Below are positions 9,493 to 18,689 of a stretch of DNA of 64,000 nucleotides, piece after piece. The position numbers and the translations under genes were made by a program. The stretch covers positions 13,946 through 77,945 of the forward strand of contig JASFBB010000180.1 of assembly GCA_036172345.1 (NCBI GenBank), written 5' to 3'. The stretch is from Anaerolineae bacterium. GTDB lineage: Bacteria > Chloroflexota > Anaerolineae > 4572-78 > NAK82. Within the stretch, counting starts at the first letter, position 1. Each line of letters begins with the position of its first letter. Under the pieces are notes generated by a model, which worked only from the letters and a program-made list of their open reading frames with translations, ran no database searches and had not been told where the DNA came from.

Positions 9493-10272
9493 ATGCCCCC
9501 GATAAAAGTTGCCGGCGAGACGCTCTTCTATGCGCTCTATACAGGGGACATCACAGGTCGGCACAACCTGGTGTTGGTGCATGGGGCGGGCGGCAGCCAC
9601 ATCCACTGGCCTGCCGATCTGCGCCGTCTTCCCAGCACCAATGTGTATGCGCTGGACTTGCCCGCCCACGGGCGCTCCGGCGGACACGCGCGTACCACAT
9701 TGCAGGCGTATGCGGACACGGTGCACCTTTTCGTGTTGGCCCTCGGATTGCCGCGCGCCGCGGTACTAGGCCATTCGATGGGCGGCGCGATCGTGCAGCT
9801 GCTGGCCCTGCGCCGACCGGGATGGCTTGAAAAGGCAATCATCCTGGGCAGCGCCGCGCGCTTGCGCGTGCAACCGGACATCTTGGAATACCTGAACCCT
9901 CAGACAGGCCAAGATGGTTTCGAGAAAGCGCTTGACCTGATCTGCCAGCGGATGTACGCTCCCCAGGCAAGTCAGCAGATGCGCCTGCGTGGCCGCCAGC
10001 TGCTGCGCACGGTGGCGCCTTCTGTCCTATATGCGGATTACCTGGCGTGCGCACAGTTCGATTGCTCCGATGTGGTGGGCAACATCGCCATACCGACATT
10101 GGTCATCTGCGGCAGTGAAGACCGCATGATCGCGCCGGAAGAAAGCTGTGGCTTGAGCCAACGTATTCCCAATGCCCAGCTGGTCGCCATCCGCGGCGCC
10201 GGCCATATGGTGATGATCGAGAAGCCCTCCGAGGTGGCGGAAGCCGTCGCCCGTTTCCTGGGCGTGGCGTGA
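9493..10272 (+). CDS. Alpha/beta-fold hydrolase
   Basis: 259 aa. HG oxyanion motif (VLVHGAGGS), nucleophile elbow GHSMGG, C-terminal GAGHMV. Confidence 0.8.
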   Translation: MPPIKVAGETLFYALYTGDITGRHNLVLVHGAGGSHIHWPADLRRLPSTNVYALDLPAHGRSGGHARTTLQAYADTVHLFVLALGLPRAAVLGHSMGGAIVQLLALRRPGWLEKAIILGSAARLRVQPDILEYLNPQTGQDGFEKALDLICQRMYAPQASQQMRLRGRQLLRTVAPSVLYADYLACAQFDCSDVVGNIAIPTLVICGSEDRMIAPEESCGLSQRIPNAQLVAIRGAGHMVMIEKPSEVAEAVARFLGVA

Positions 10273-10291
10273 CGTCCTCAACGGCGCCACT

Positions 10292-11329
10292 CTACAACGC
10301 GCGGCGTAAGGTGGAGACGACCGGCAGGTGATCCGAGCCGGGCCCCTCTGGCAACACGTGGATCTCCTGAGGCAACCAGTGCCGACTGACGAAGATGTGG
10401 TCAATGCGCAGGAGTGGGATCAACGGCACTTTGTGCATGGGGAGCGGCCATGGGTCACGCCAGCGGCCCGGGAAGGTGAAGCCGAAGCCCCAACCCACCG
10501 CGCGATGCACATCCGTCAGATGTTCTGCCAGCAACTGATAGTTTTGCGCCTGCTCGGTGGTGTTGAAATCGCCCAGCACGATAACTGGCTGCGAAGTCGC
10601 CTTCACCTCGCGCGCAATGGCGAGGAACGTCTGCCTCTGGCGTTCCCAGCCGCGCTGACTCACCGACGGTGATGAATGTACATTCCAGACGATGACCTCC
10701 CCCTCCGGCGTCGCCCAACGCGCCACTTGCGTGCGCCACGCATCCGACGGTGTGGGCAGCGCCGTGAGTGGATAGCGGCTGATCAGGCCTAAGCGTGGCC
10801 ACTCGGTATGATCCAACAGCGCATAAGGATATGCAGTGGCCAGCTTGGCGATCAGCCTCCCGGCAAAGGGATGGGTGAACTCTTGGAACGCGATCAGGTC
10901 GGGCGCCTCGGTGTGAATCAGATGAGCGACGCTGGCCACCTCCTCATTGGCGTAGTGCACGTTGAAGGTCATCACGCGCAGTGGAGCTGTCGAAGCGTTA
11001 GCTGCGGCGCTATTTCCGTCCAGGTGAGGAAGCAACACAGGCCAAAAGCGCACCACGAAGATCAGGCACAAGCCCAAGAACACGCGCCAGAGCCAGCGCC
11101 GACGCCCCAAGGTGGCGATAGCGAGCGCGACAAGCGCCCCGATCATCAACCATGGTGCGAAATAGTTACCCGCGCGCACCGGCAGCCAGCGGTCGCCGGG
11201 ATACATCCGCGCCGCGTTCCACAGCACCAGAGCGAGCGCAAAGCTCCACAGTGCCACAATACCCCATGCTGCCAAAATGCGCACCCAATACGGGCGACCG
11301 GCGTTTTTACGACGGGTCATCTCATCCAC
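10292..11329 (-). CDS. Membrane-anchored endonuclease/exonuclease/phosphatase (EEP) family protein
   Basis: 345 aa. N-terminal TM helices, then EEP motifs LRVMTFNVHY, DLIAFQEF, VIVLGDFNTTE and GSDHLPVVSTL. Confidence 0.75.
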   Translation of the reverse strand: MDEMTRRKNAGRPYWVRILAAWGIVALWSFALALVLWNAARMYPGDRWLPVRAGNYFAPWLMIGALVALAIATLGRRRWLWRVFLGLCLIFVVRFWPVLLPHLDGNSAAANASTAPLRVMTFNVHYANEEVASVAHLIHTEAPDLIAFQEFTHPFAGRLIAKLATAYPYALLDHTEWPRLGLISRYPLTALPTPSDAWRTQVARWATPEGEVIVWNVHSSPSVSQRGWERQRQTFLAIAREVKATSQPVIVLGDFNTTEQAQNYQLLAEHLTDVHRAVGWGFGFTFPGRWRDPWPLPMHKVPLIPLLRIDHIFVSRHWLPQEIHVLPEGPGSDHLPVVSTLRRAL

Positions 11330-12140
11330 CTCGCAGCAACGCGACTATCAGGCAGCCAATGCCCAGGAGCGCGCAATAGGCAGCAAAAACGGTCAAGCGA
11401 TGCCCCTGCAGGTAGCGCAACAGCCATCGAATGCACAGGTAGCCGCTCACTGCTGCCACGCCGAACCCCACCGCTAGAGGCGGGAGCTCGTGGCTGAGTG
11501 ATCCGGATCGGAGCAAGTCCGCCGTCGCGACCAAACCGGCGCCCAGCAACGCGGGGATGGAGAGCATAAAGCTGAAACGTGCTGCCGCGCGGCGCTCCAA
11601 GTCGCGCAGCATTGCCCCGCTGATGGTGGCGCCGCTGCGACTGATGCCGGGTAGCAGGGCAGCCACCTGCCACAATCCCACATCCAGGGCATCCCACCAG
11701 TTCATGTGCTCCAGGCGGCGCCGCTGTTGGCCGCGATACTCTGCCAACACCAACATCAGCGCGGTGCCTAATAGGAGGGCTGCTGCGACCGGGGGCTGGC
11801 CGTAGGTCACCTCGAATGCCTGCTTGAGCCAGAAACCGAAGACCACCGCCGGGATCGTGGCGACGATGAGATACCAACCCAACCGCGCTTCGAAGCTGGC
11901 GAATGGTCGCCTTTGGAGAAGCCCTTGCAGCACAGCGCGCACGATCGCCCACAGGTCGTGCCCAAAATAGACGATCACACCCACCAGCGTGCCCCACTGT
12001 ACCAACACGTCGAACGTGAACGGGGGTTCCGCCCAACCCACCAGCCAGGGGAACAACACCAGATGGGCCGAGCTGGAGACCGGTATGTATTCTGTAACAC
12101 CCTGCAGAAGGCCTAGGATGAACGCTTGGATCAGCGACAT
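11322..12140 (-). CDS. uppP: Undecaprenyl-diphosphate phosphatase
   Basis: 272 aa. N-terminus MSLIQAFILGLLQGVTEYIPVSSSAHLVL and LPGISRSGATI are BacA/UppP signatures. Overlaps tgt (10 nt) and the EEP gene (8 nt). Confidence 0.9.
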   Translation of the reverse strand: MSLIQAFILGLLQGVTEYIPVSSSAHLVLFPWLVGWAEPPFTFDVLVQWGTLVGVIVYFGHDLWAIVRAVLQGLLQRRPFASFEARLGWYLIVATIPAVVFGFWLKQAFEVTYGQPPVAAALLLGTALMLVLAEYRGQQRRRLEHMNWWDALDVGLWQVAALLPGISRSGATISGAMLRDLERRAAARFSFMLSIPALLGAGLVATADLLRSGSLSHELPPLAVGFGVAAVSGYLCIRWLLRYLQGHRLTVFAAYCALLGIGCLIVALLRGG

Positions 12141-13327
12141 GAAGCGACCTCCTCAGGATGATGTTCGCCGTTTGCGTGACATTCTGGCAGCGCTTGCGCT
12201 GTGTCTTGAGCATTTCCAACGGTGCGATAGTCTGCCAGAAATGCGCGTTTGAACTCCATAAAGGTGCCATCCAGGATAGATTGGCGGATGCGCCGCATCA
12301 GGTCGAGCATAAAATGCAGGTTGTGCAGTGTGGTCAGGTATAAGCCTGTGATCTCGTCGGCCATGATGAGGTGGCGCAGGTAGGCGCGGCTGAAGGAGCT
12401 ACAGGTGTAGCAGGTGCAACCTTCCTCAATAGGCATGGGATCAGCAGCATACTGGGCGTTGCGCAGGTTGAGCCGTCCGCAACGTGTCAGCACCGCCCCG
12501 TTGCGCGCCATCCGCGTCGGCAACACGCAATCGAACTGGTCTATGCCGCGTGCCACACATTCGAACAGGTCTTCCGGGCTGCCCACCCCCATCAGGTAGC
12601 GCGGTCGCTCGCGTGGCAGCTCGGGATGCAGCCACTCCAGCACCTGATGCATCTCCGCCTTGGTCTCTCCCACGCTGAGGCCTCCGATGGCGTAGCCCGG
12701 CAGGTCGAGCGCGCGGAGAAATTGGGCGCTCTGGATGCGCAAGTCCTGGAAGACGCCCCCCTGCACAATGCCATAGAGCGCCTGATCGGTACGTCGCTTG
12801 GCTGCCACGGAGCGTTCTGCCCAGCGGTGCGTGCGCGCCAGAGCTTGCACGTTGTAGGCGTAATCGTGTGGGATGGTGCACTCATCCAGCGGCATGATGA
12901 TGTCGGCGCCCAGCTGTTCCTGGATGGCGATCACCTTCTCCGGCGTGAAGAGGTGGGTGGAGCCGTCGATGTGGGAACGGAAGACCACCCCTTGGTCATC
13001 CACACGCCGCAACGCCTGTAAGCTGAACACTTGATAGCCGCCCGAGTCGGTCAGGATGGGGCCATCCCACCCCATAAAGCGGTGCAGGCCACCCAGCCGG
13101 GCGATCAGCTCAGCGCCGGGACGCAAGTAGAGGTGATAGGTGTTGCTCAGGATCAACGTAGCACCCAGCGCGCGCAGATCGCGCGGAGTCATAGTCTTGA
13201 CTGTGGCCTGAGTGCCTACCGGCGCAAACACGGGTGTGGGAATATCGCCGTGCGGGGTGTGGATGATACCGGCGCGTGCTGCGCACCGCGTATCCTCTTT
13301 CACAAGTTCAAAGCTCAATGCTGTCAC
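12131..13327 (-). CDS. tgt: tRNA-guanine transglycosylase (queuine tRNA-ribosyltransferase)
   Basis: 398 aa. TPHGDIPTPVFAPVGTQATVK, LSNTYHLYLRPG, DSGGYQVFS and the zinc site CTCYTCSSFSRAYLRHL. Confidence 0.9.
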   Translation of the reverse strand: MTALSFELVKEDTRCAARAGIIHTPHGDIPTPVFAPVGTQATVKTMTPRDLRALGATLILSNTYHLYLRPGAELIARLGGLHRFMGWDGPILTDSGGYQVFSLQALRRVDDQGVVFRSHIDGSTHLFTPEKVIAIQEQLGADIIMPLDECTIPHDYAYNVQALARTHRWAERSVAAKRRTDQALYGIVQGGVFQDLRIQSAQFLRALDLPGYAIGGLSVGETKAEMHQVLEWLHPELPRERPRYLMGVGSPEDLFECVARGIDQFDCVLPTRMARNGAVLTRCGRLNLRNAQYAADPMPIEEGCTCYTCSSFSRAYLRHLIMADEITGLYLTTLHNLHFMLDLMRRIRQSILDGTFMEFKRAFLADYRTVGNAQDTAQALPECHANGEHHPEEVASCR

Positions 13328-13470
13328 GCTCGATTGATGGTCTGTCTCGCTCTGATGAGATAAGGTATTATAGCATTACGATCTGATTGTGAAAAGAGGG
13401 GCGCGTGTCACCGCAGAGAGGCCGGAGGAGTGGAAAAGAACCCCTGCGTACCCGCAATGGAAGAGCATCC

Positions 13471-13640
13471 GCTCCCTGACAGTCGCGGCTCGGATACATT
13501 GAACCGAGCCGCGCGCGTGAGCAAGCGGCCCGTTAACCGCTCCCTCACGGTCGCGGCGCGGATACATTGAACCGAGCCGCGCGCGTGAGCAAGCGGCCCG
13601 TTAACCGCTCCCCACAGTCGCGGCTCGGATCAGAGTGCGG
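13471..13640. repeat. 68-bp tandem repeat (2 full units plus a partial third), each unit carrying a GC-rich hairpin
   Basis: Unit 1 at 13471-13538 and unit 2 at 13539-13606 differ at 3 of 68 positions. A third copy from 13607 keeps only about 25 nt. Each unit contains GCGGCTCGG-atacattgaa-CCGAGCCGC (9-bp stem). Lies about 145 nt upstream of the tgt start. Confidence 0.85.
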
Positions 13641-13835
13641 ATCAGATGGAACGGCGGAAGCGAGGAACGAAGCATAGAGGGGACATGGCCACGTCACCGC
13701 ATGCCACAAAAACCCCCTGTGAAAATTGAGGGAGGAGGATTTTAAGAAGCATGTCTTATCACCCTAACCCCTCTTCGAAGAGAAACGGGTTATGAACCCG
13801 CTACGCCGAGCTTTTGAAGCCTCTTGATTTGAGAG

Positions 13836-13967
13836 CTACGAACCAAACCGGGATGCCAACGCCAATGCCAATGCCAGCAATCCCGCCGACACACACAGAC
13901 GGAGCAAGATCCCTTCCAGAGGATTTGCCCCAGATTCTATGTTGGCGGTCTCTTTGGTCTCGGTCAT
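13836..13967 (-). CDS. Possible 43-aa tail-anchored membrane mini-protein (hypothetical)
   Basis: Internal ATG of ORF 13836-14117: MTETKETANIESGANPLEGILLRLCVSAGLLALALALASRFGS, with a single C-terminal hydrophobic helix. AAGGAG lies about 11 nt upstream. No recognisable family, so it may be non-coding. Confidence 0.25.
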   Translation of the reverse strand: MTETKETANIESGANPLEGILLRLCVSAGLLALALALASRFGS

Positions 13968-14129
13968 GGGGTTTTGCGCTCCTTTTCCAATGTAGAAGTC
14001 ACTTTGAACTGTGCTCTCGTCCTTACTGTCTTCCTGTGCCCTTCTCTTCTTGTTATCCTTGGTTACGGAACCATACCATGTTCTGCCCGCTCTTCTAGCG
14101 AGCGAGGGGTTTAGCAACGCTTGGCGGGA

Positions 14130-14507
14130 TCATCCTTGCACCACTACGCATGCTATGGCATAGTCTCCCGCATGCGACAGGCTGACCGCGACGTGCTTCC
14201 AACGACGCTGCGCCGCCAATTGAGCCGCCTGACCGTGAAGCTGCAATTCTGGTTTCCCACATTCATCACATAGGATTTCGATTTCGTTGAAGCGAACAGT
14301 GCCGATCCCGGTGCCGAATGCCTTGGCGGCAGCTTCTTTGGCTGCCCAACGTGTTGCCAAGGCAGCAGCGCGCCCTTGGGTATAGGCGAGCTCGCGTTCG
14401 GTATACACCCGCCTGAGAAAACGCTCCCCGTGACGTCGCAACGCCCGTTCCACCCGGCCGATCTCGATTAAATCAATTCCCACCGCCAGCATAAGCCGTC
14501 CGCGCAC
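14130..14507 (-). CDS. acpS: Holo-[acyl-carrier-protein] synthase
   Basis: 125 aa. GIDLIEIGRVERAL...ERFLRRVYTERE...WAAKEAAAKAFGTG is the AcpS pattern. Start is either GTG 14507 (2 nt after the LCP stop) or ATG 14492. Confidence 0.85.
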   Translation of the reverse strand: MRGRLMLAVGIDLIEIGRVERALRRHGERFLRRVYTERELAYTQGRAAALATRWAAKEAAAKAFGTGIGTVRFNEIEILCDECGKPELQLHGQAAQLAAQRRWKHVAVSLSHAGDYAIACVVVQG

Positions 14508-14509
14508 TC

Positions 14510-16066
14510 TTATGGGCTGTTCGGCTGAATGAAGGCATCCACGTGGATCGGCTGCGCTGAACGCGCCTCCGGCAGGCGGAAATCGGCGCCGACGATCACG
14601 CGCACATCCACCTCGCTTTTAAGATTGGGGCTGCGGCGCACGTTTTCGTTGGCCACGTTGAAGAGCTCGATGAGCACCTGAAGGGTGTAGGGCTTGCCCG
14701 TGTAGTCCACAATCACAGTGCGCGGATAATCGCTGCGGTCGGCCGGGCCGAACTGCAGCACATTGAATCCTTGTTGCCGCAGGTATTCGGCAACTTCGAG
14801 CTCAAAGCCGGCCTGGGGCGTGCCGTTCTGCACTACCACTCTGGCACCTTCCTGTTGCAATGTGGCAGCCACTTCTGCCCGACGTTGTGCCTCACGCGCT
14901 GCTTCTTCACGGGCACGTGCCAGCACCGCCGGGTCGGGCGTGGGTGTGGGCGCCACGGCTGGTCGCGAGCTGCCGAACAGGCGCTCGATGAGCGGACGGA
15001 TGCGCTCGCGCACCGGCAACAGAACTCGCGCGCCAGTATCGGTGCGATAATCGACTGTCATCGTGTGATCAATGACCGCGGTTTCGATGCGATCGCCGGA
15101 GATGCGATCTGCCAGCTTGGCCAGCTCCAGAATATCGATCAACTGCAGATCGGTTTGGACGGTGCCGGCCATGGTCACCCAGAGCTCAGGGATTTTGGGG
15201 ATGACGTCAAGCGCCAACGCCCGTTCGCGGATGGCCAGAAGCACTTGTTGCTGGCGTCGCGCTCGGTCGAAATCAGCGCCGCGTGTGGCGCGCGTGCGTG
15301 CATACTTAAGCGCTGTGTCCCCGTCCATATGCTGGGGGCCCGCCTCGATGTAGAACGGCTCATAGCCATAATTCATGTCGGGATACTTGGGGTCGTCGAT
15401 CGTCTCCGGCACATTGATGTCAATGCCACCCAACGTGTCGATGATGCGCCGGAAACCGTCGAAGTCTACGCGTACGTAGAAGTGCACCGGCACGCCCAAG
15501 TTATACTGCACCGTCCGCATTGCCAGAGCTGGCCCTCCGCCCGGGTACTTGTCTTTTTCTCCAAAATAGTAAGACATGTTCACCCGGTTCTCCCCATAGC
15601 CCGGAATGGTCACCCACAGGTCACGCGGGATCGACAGCATGCTCGCCCGGGCGGTTGCCGGATCTACGCTGAGCAAGATCATAGTGTCGGTGCGTGAGAT
15701 CGACTCGTCGGGGCGCTTGTCCACCCCCAACAGCAGGATATTGACCCGTTCCGCCTCCTCCCAATTGGGCAGTGCCTCGCCCGTCAGCCCGGTGCTTGCC
15801 TCAGGGTTGTTGGCGGCGCGTGGATTGGGGTAGATCTGCGCCACCGGATTGAGCACCGGCAACGTCAGGTCCACGTAGGGCAGCACCGGCAAGTCTGCAT
15901 ACGCCACCGCATCTCGGACGGCGATGTAGAAGAAATAACCCAGATAGGCCCCGCCGATCAGGAAACCCAATACCAGTGTGAAGACGATGAACAGAAAAGG
16001 TATAGAAGGGGGCCTCCGTGTGGGCAACGACGCACCAGTCGATTGTGCTCGTGTATAAGTAGTCAT
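14510..16066 (-). CDS. LytR-CpsA-Psr (LCP) family cell-envelope phosphotransferase with a LytR_C-like C-terminal domain
   Basis: ORF track gives 14510-16453. The N-terminal 129 aa have no membrane or LCP features. The ATG at 16066 (MTTYTRAQSTG...) precedes the TM helix IPFLFIVFTLVLGFLIGGAYLGYFFY. LCP core: NILLLGVDKRPDESISRTDTMILLSVDP, SIPRDLWV. Confidence 0.8.
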   Translation of the reverse strand: MTTYTRAQSTGASLPTRRPPSIPFLFIVFTLVLGFLIGGAYLGYFFYIAVRDAVAYADLPVLPYVDLTLPVLNPVAQIYPNPRAANNPEASTGLTGEALPNWEEAERVNILLLGVDKRPDESISRTDTMILLSVDPATARASMLSIPRDLWVTIPGYGENRVNMSYYFGEKDKYPGGGPALAMRTVQYNLGVPVHFYVRVDFDGFRRIIDTLGGIDINVPETIDDPKYPDMNYGYEPFYIEAGPQHMDGDTALKYARTRATRGADFDRARRQQQVLLAIRERALALDVIPKIPELWVTMAGTVQTDLQLIDILELAKLADRISGDRIETAVIDHTMTVDYRTDTGARVLLPVRERIRPLIERLFGSSRPAVAPTPTPDPAVLARAREEAAREAQRRAEVAATLQQEGARVVVQNGTPQAGFELEVAEYLRQQGFNVLQFGPADRSDYPRTVIVDYTGKPYTLQVLIELFNVANENVRRSPNLKSEVDVRVIVGADFRLPEARSAQPIHVDAFIQPNSP

Positions 16067-16288
16067 AGCCCCATTATACCACAACTTCGGGGATGCGCAA
16101 CATCGCGTAAGCTGTTTGGCGGATGCGCTTAGCGGTGGCACGCATCCTCTCGCAGATTCCCAATCTGTGAGAGAATGCGTCAAAGCGAGCTGTGCGTTTC
16201 GTGCTCCCCAATTTGCAATCTTAAACACCGCTCTCTGGCAGGCGCAGCTCGGTTGGAGCGCAGGATTATCCCCACATGGCGTAAACCG

Positions 16289-16297
16289 TGGTATAAT
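16289..16297 (+). promoter_or_regulatory. Extended -10 promoter candidate (TGgTATAAT)
   Basis: cgTGgTATAATc with TATAAT at 16292-16297, about 45 nt upstream of the ATG at 16344. Confidence 0.3.
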
Positions 16298-16343
16298 CGC
16301 GGCGAGTGTTAATCCATTCGCTTGAATGAGGGGGTAGATTCCG

Positions 16344-16712
16344 ATGAGTCGAATCACCATCACCGCAGGAAGTGTCTCCTTGTCCGCCGAACTGAACGAC
16401 AGTCCTACCGCCCAGCTGATATGGGATGCCCTGCCCATCGAGGGGCGCGCCAACCGCTGGGGAGATGAAATCTACTTCGAGATCCCTGTCAAGGCCGACC
16501 AGGCGCCGGATGCGCGTGAGGAGGTGGCGGTGGGCGAGTTGGGGTATTGGCCGGTCGGTCATGCCTTTTGCATCTTCTTCGGTCCTACGCCGGTCAGCAC
16601 CGACGACCGTCCCCGCGCCTACAGCCCGGTCAACATCGTCGGGCGCGTGGTCGGCGACGCTACTCTGTTCCGCAGCGTCAAAAGCGGGGCGAAAGTGGTG
16701 CTCAGCAAATAG
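16344..16712 (+). CDS. Cyclophilin-like fold protein (TM1367/DUF3830-like)
   Basis: 122 aa. LIWDALPIEGRANRWGDEIYFEIPV and GELGYWPVGHAFCIFFGPTPVS match my recollection of the small cyclophilin-like family typified by Thermotoga TM1367. Confidence 0.7.
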   Translation: MSRITITAGSVSLSAELNDSPTAQLIWDALPIEGRANRWGDEIYFEIPVKADQAPDAREEVAVGELGYWPVGHAFCIFFGPTPVSTDDRPRAYSPVNIVGRVVGDATLFRSVKSGAKVVLSK

Positions 16713-16793
16713 CGAAGCCATGCAAGTGGATTATGTGCTGGCACTTCGCGAAGCGATTCATCGCCTAGTCGCTATATGTTAGGGAGGTTCACT

Positions 16794-17102
16794 ATGAACA
16801 TTGTCCATGTGCATGTGCACGTCAAGCCAGAATACGTCGAGGCGTTCAAGGAAGCGACCATCCAAAACGCGCGCCAGAGTGTCCGGGAACCCGGCATCGC
16901 CCGCTTCGATGTCATCCAGTCCACCGAGGATCCCACACGTTTTATCTTGGTGGAGGTTTACCGCACGCCCGAAGACCCGGCACGCCACAAGGAAACCACC
17001 CATTACAAAGTGTGGCGTGACGCAGTTGCCGATATGATGGCCGAGCCGCGCAGCAGCATCAAATACACCAACATCTATCCGGATGATTCGGGATGGGGAT
17101 GA
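16794..17102 (+). CDS. Antibiotic-biosynthesis-monooxygenase (ABM) domain protein
   Basis: Internal ATG with [67 protein letters not shown] is a typical ferredoxin-like ABM fold sequence. Confidence 0.8.
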   Translation: MNIVHVHVHVKPEYVEAFKEATIQNARQSVREPGIARFDVIQSTEDPTRFILVEVYRTPEDPARHKETTHYKVWRDAVADMMAEPRSSIKYTNIYPDDSGWG

Positions 17103-18264
17103 GAGCGTGATAACCTTTGAATTTGCGACAGCAGGGCGCATCCTCTTCGGACGGGGCACCTTTCGCCAGGCGGGCCCGATTGCGGCGGGGATGGGGCGGC
17201 ATGCGCTGCTCGTCACCGGCCTGAGCGCCGCACTCACCCATCCCCTGGTGGACTTGCTCCGGGAACACACGGTGACCGCTACCCTTTTCTCCGTATCGTA
17301 CGAACCCACCACTGACCTGGTACTACAAGGTGTGCAGCGTGCCCGAGAGGCCGGTTGTGATCTGGTGATCGGCATCGGGGGCGGCAGCGCCATCGACGCC
17401 AGCAAGGCGATCGCCGCGCTGCTCACCAATCCAGGCGACCTGTTTGACTACCTGGAGGTCATCGGCAAGGGGCAGGCAATTCGTGAGCCGGCGGCGCCGT
17501 TGATCGCCATCGCCACCACAGCGGGCACAGGGGCGGAAGTGACGCGCAACGCGGTGCTCATCTCGCCACACCATCGTGTCAAGGTCAGCATGCGCAGCCC
17601 GCTGATGCTGCCGCGCGTGGCGATTGTGGATCCTGAGCTGACCTACAGCGTGCCGCCGGCCGTCACCGCCAGCACCGGCCTGGATGCCTTGACCCAGGTG
17701 TTGGAGCCGTATGTGTCCAGCCGTGCGAATGCGATGATTGACCCGCTGGTGCGCGACGGCATGGCACGCGCGGCACGCTCGCTGCGGCGTGCCTATGAAC
17801 ACGGAGACGATACCGATGCGCGCGAGGACATGGCGCTGGTCAGCTTGTTCGGGGGATTGGCGCTGGCGAACGCCGGTCTGGGCGCCGTCCACGGCTTTGC
17901 CGCGCCGTTGGGTGGGATGCTCCAGGCCCCCCATGGCGCCATCTGTGCGCGCCTGTTGCCCTTTGTGATGGAGGTCAATATCCGCGCGCTGCGTGCCCGC
18001 CAGCCCGATCATTATGCCCTGCCCCGCTACGACGAGATCGCGCGCATCCTGACCGGCAATTCCCAAGCGGTCGCTGCCGAGGGCATCGCCTGGGTGCACG
18101 AGTTGTGCCGGGCACTGCAGATCCAACCCCTCTCCGCCTATGGCCTGACTCAGGAGGACATCCCTAAGGTGGTGGAGCGCGGTGCTGCAGCGAGCAGCAT
18201 GAAGGGCAATCCCATCCCCCTCACGCCTGAGGAGATGACGGAAATTCTGACACGCGCGTTGTGA
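17083..18264 (+). CDS. Iron-containing (group III) alcohol dehydrogenase
   Basis: 393 aa. [25 protein letters not shown] and the metal-site region [12 protein letters not shown]. An alternative GTG start at 17107 lies just after the ABM stop. Confidence 0.85.
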   Translation: MIRDGDESVITFEFATAGRILFGRGTFRQAGPIAAGMGRHALLVTGLSAALTHPLVDLLREHTVTATLFSVSYEPTTDLVLQGVQRAREAGCDLVIGIGGGSAIDASKAIAALLTNPGDLFDYLEVIGKGQAIREPAAPLIAIATTAGTGAEVTRNAVLISPHHRVKVSMRSPLMLPRVAIVDPELTYSVPPAVTASTGLDALTQVLEPYVSSRANAMIDPLVRDGMARAARSLRRAYEHGDDTDAREDMALVSLFGGLALANAGLGAVHGFAAPLGGMLQAPHGAICARLLPFVMEVNIRALRARQPDHYALPRYDEIARILTGNSQAVAAEGIAWVHELCRALQIQPLSAYGLTQEDIPKVVERGAAASSMKGNPIPLTPEEMTEILTRAL

Positions 18265-18303
18265 CAGCGGGCCGGGGCGTGCGTATGTGGGTAAGCAGCG
18301 CAT

Positions 18304-18340
18304 GTAACCTCCCGCAAGTTTGGAACCCGCGGGAGGTTAC
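18304..18340. terminator. GC-rich stem-loop downstream of the alcohol dehydrogenase gene
   Basis: GTAACCTCCCGC (18304-18315) pairs with GCGGGAGGTTAC (18329-18340), a perfect 12-bp stem. No T-run follows, so intrinsic-terminator function is uncertain. Confidence 0.4.
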
Positions 18341-18514
18341 AACGCGGGGCTTGGCGGTCTCTAAGGCCGTGTATCTCTTCACCCCTGTCAAGATCCGCAT
18401 ATCGTGTCCCTGTGAGGCGAGGAGATGAAGGAGCGATGTTTTACTTTGAAGGACTTTCTTGCGTTATTGTACATGTTTATACTACTAAACTCACAGGGAA
18501 GAGATGTCCGTCCC

Positions 18515-18617
18515 AAAAATTGGCAGATCGGGTGAGACCGCCTCATCCGATCTGCCGTTGTGTCATATCCGGCGACTCCAGTCCCCAAGCCAGTGAGCGG
18601 TCGCCTGAACTCACCGC
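18515..18617 (-). ncRNA. Candidate ~100-nt small RNA bounded by a promoter-like element and an intrinsic terminator
   Basis: On the minus strand: TTGCTT (18652-18647), 17 nt, TAATAT (18629-18624). About 100 nt downstream: GGCAGATCGG-N15-CCGATCTGCC (18556-18522) followed by AATTTTT. The region is visibly AT-richer than its surroundings and sits in the convergent gap between adh and moeA. Confidence 0.25.
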
Positions 18618-18689
18618 AATTTAATATTACCATATTTCATCTGAAAAAGCAATATATAAAATGATAACTTTTGCCTCAGGTCGTGCGGC

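Noticed and set aside
13471-13640. Possible short CRISPR array. The unit contains GTCGCGGCTCGGATACATTGAAC, reminiscent of GTCGCG...ATTGAAAC-type repeats, and the period of 68 bp is CRISPR-like.
   Set aside because: The would-be spacers are identical between units, so this is a plain tandem duplication. There are only about 2.4 units, no cas genes occur in the window, and no leader is present.
16067-16453. 129-aa N-terminal extension of the LCP ORF (ORF-track start at 16453).
   Set aside because: The extension has no signal, TM or LCP features. It covers the extended -10 promoter candidate and abuts the start of the divergent cyclophilin-like gene. The ATG at 16066 gives a standard short cytoplasmic tail plus TM anchor.
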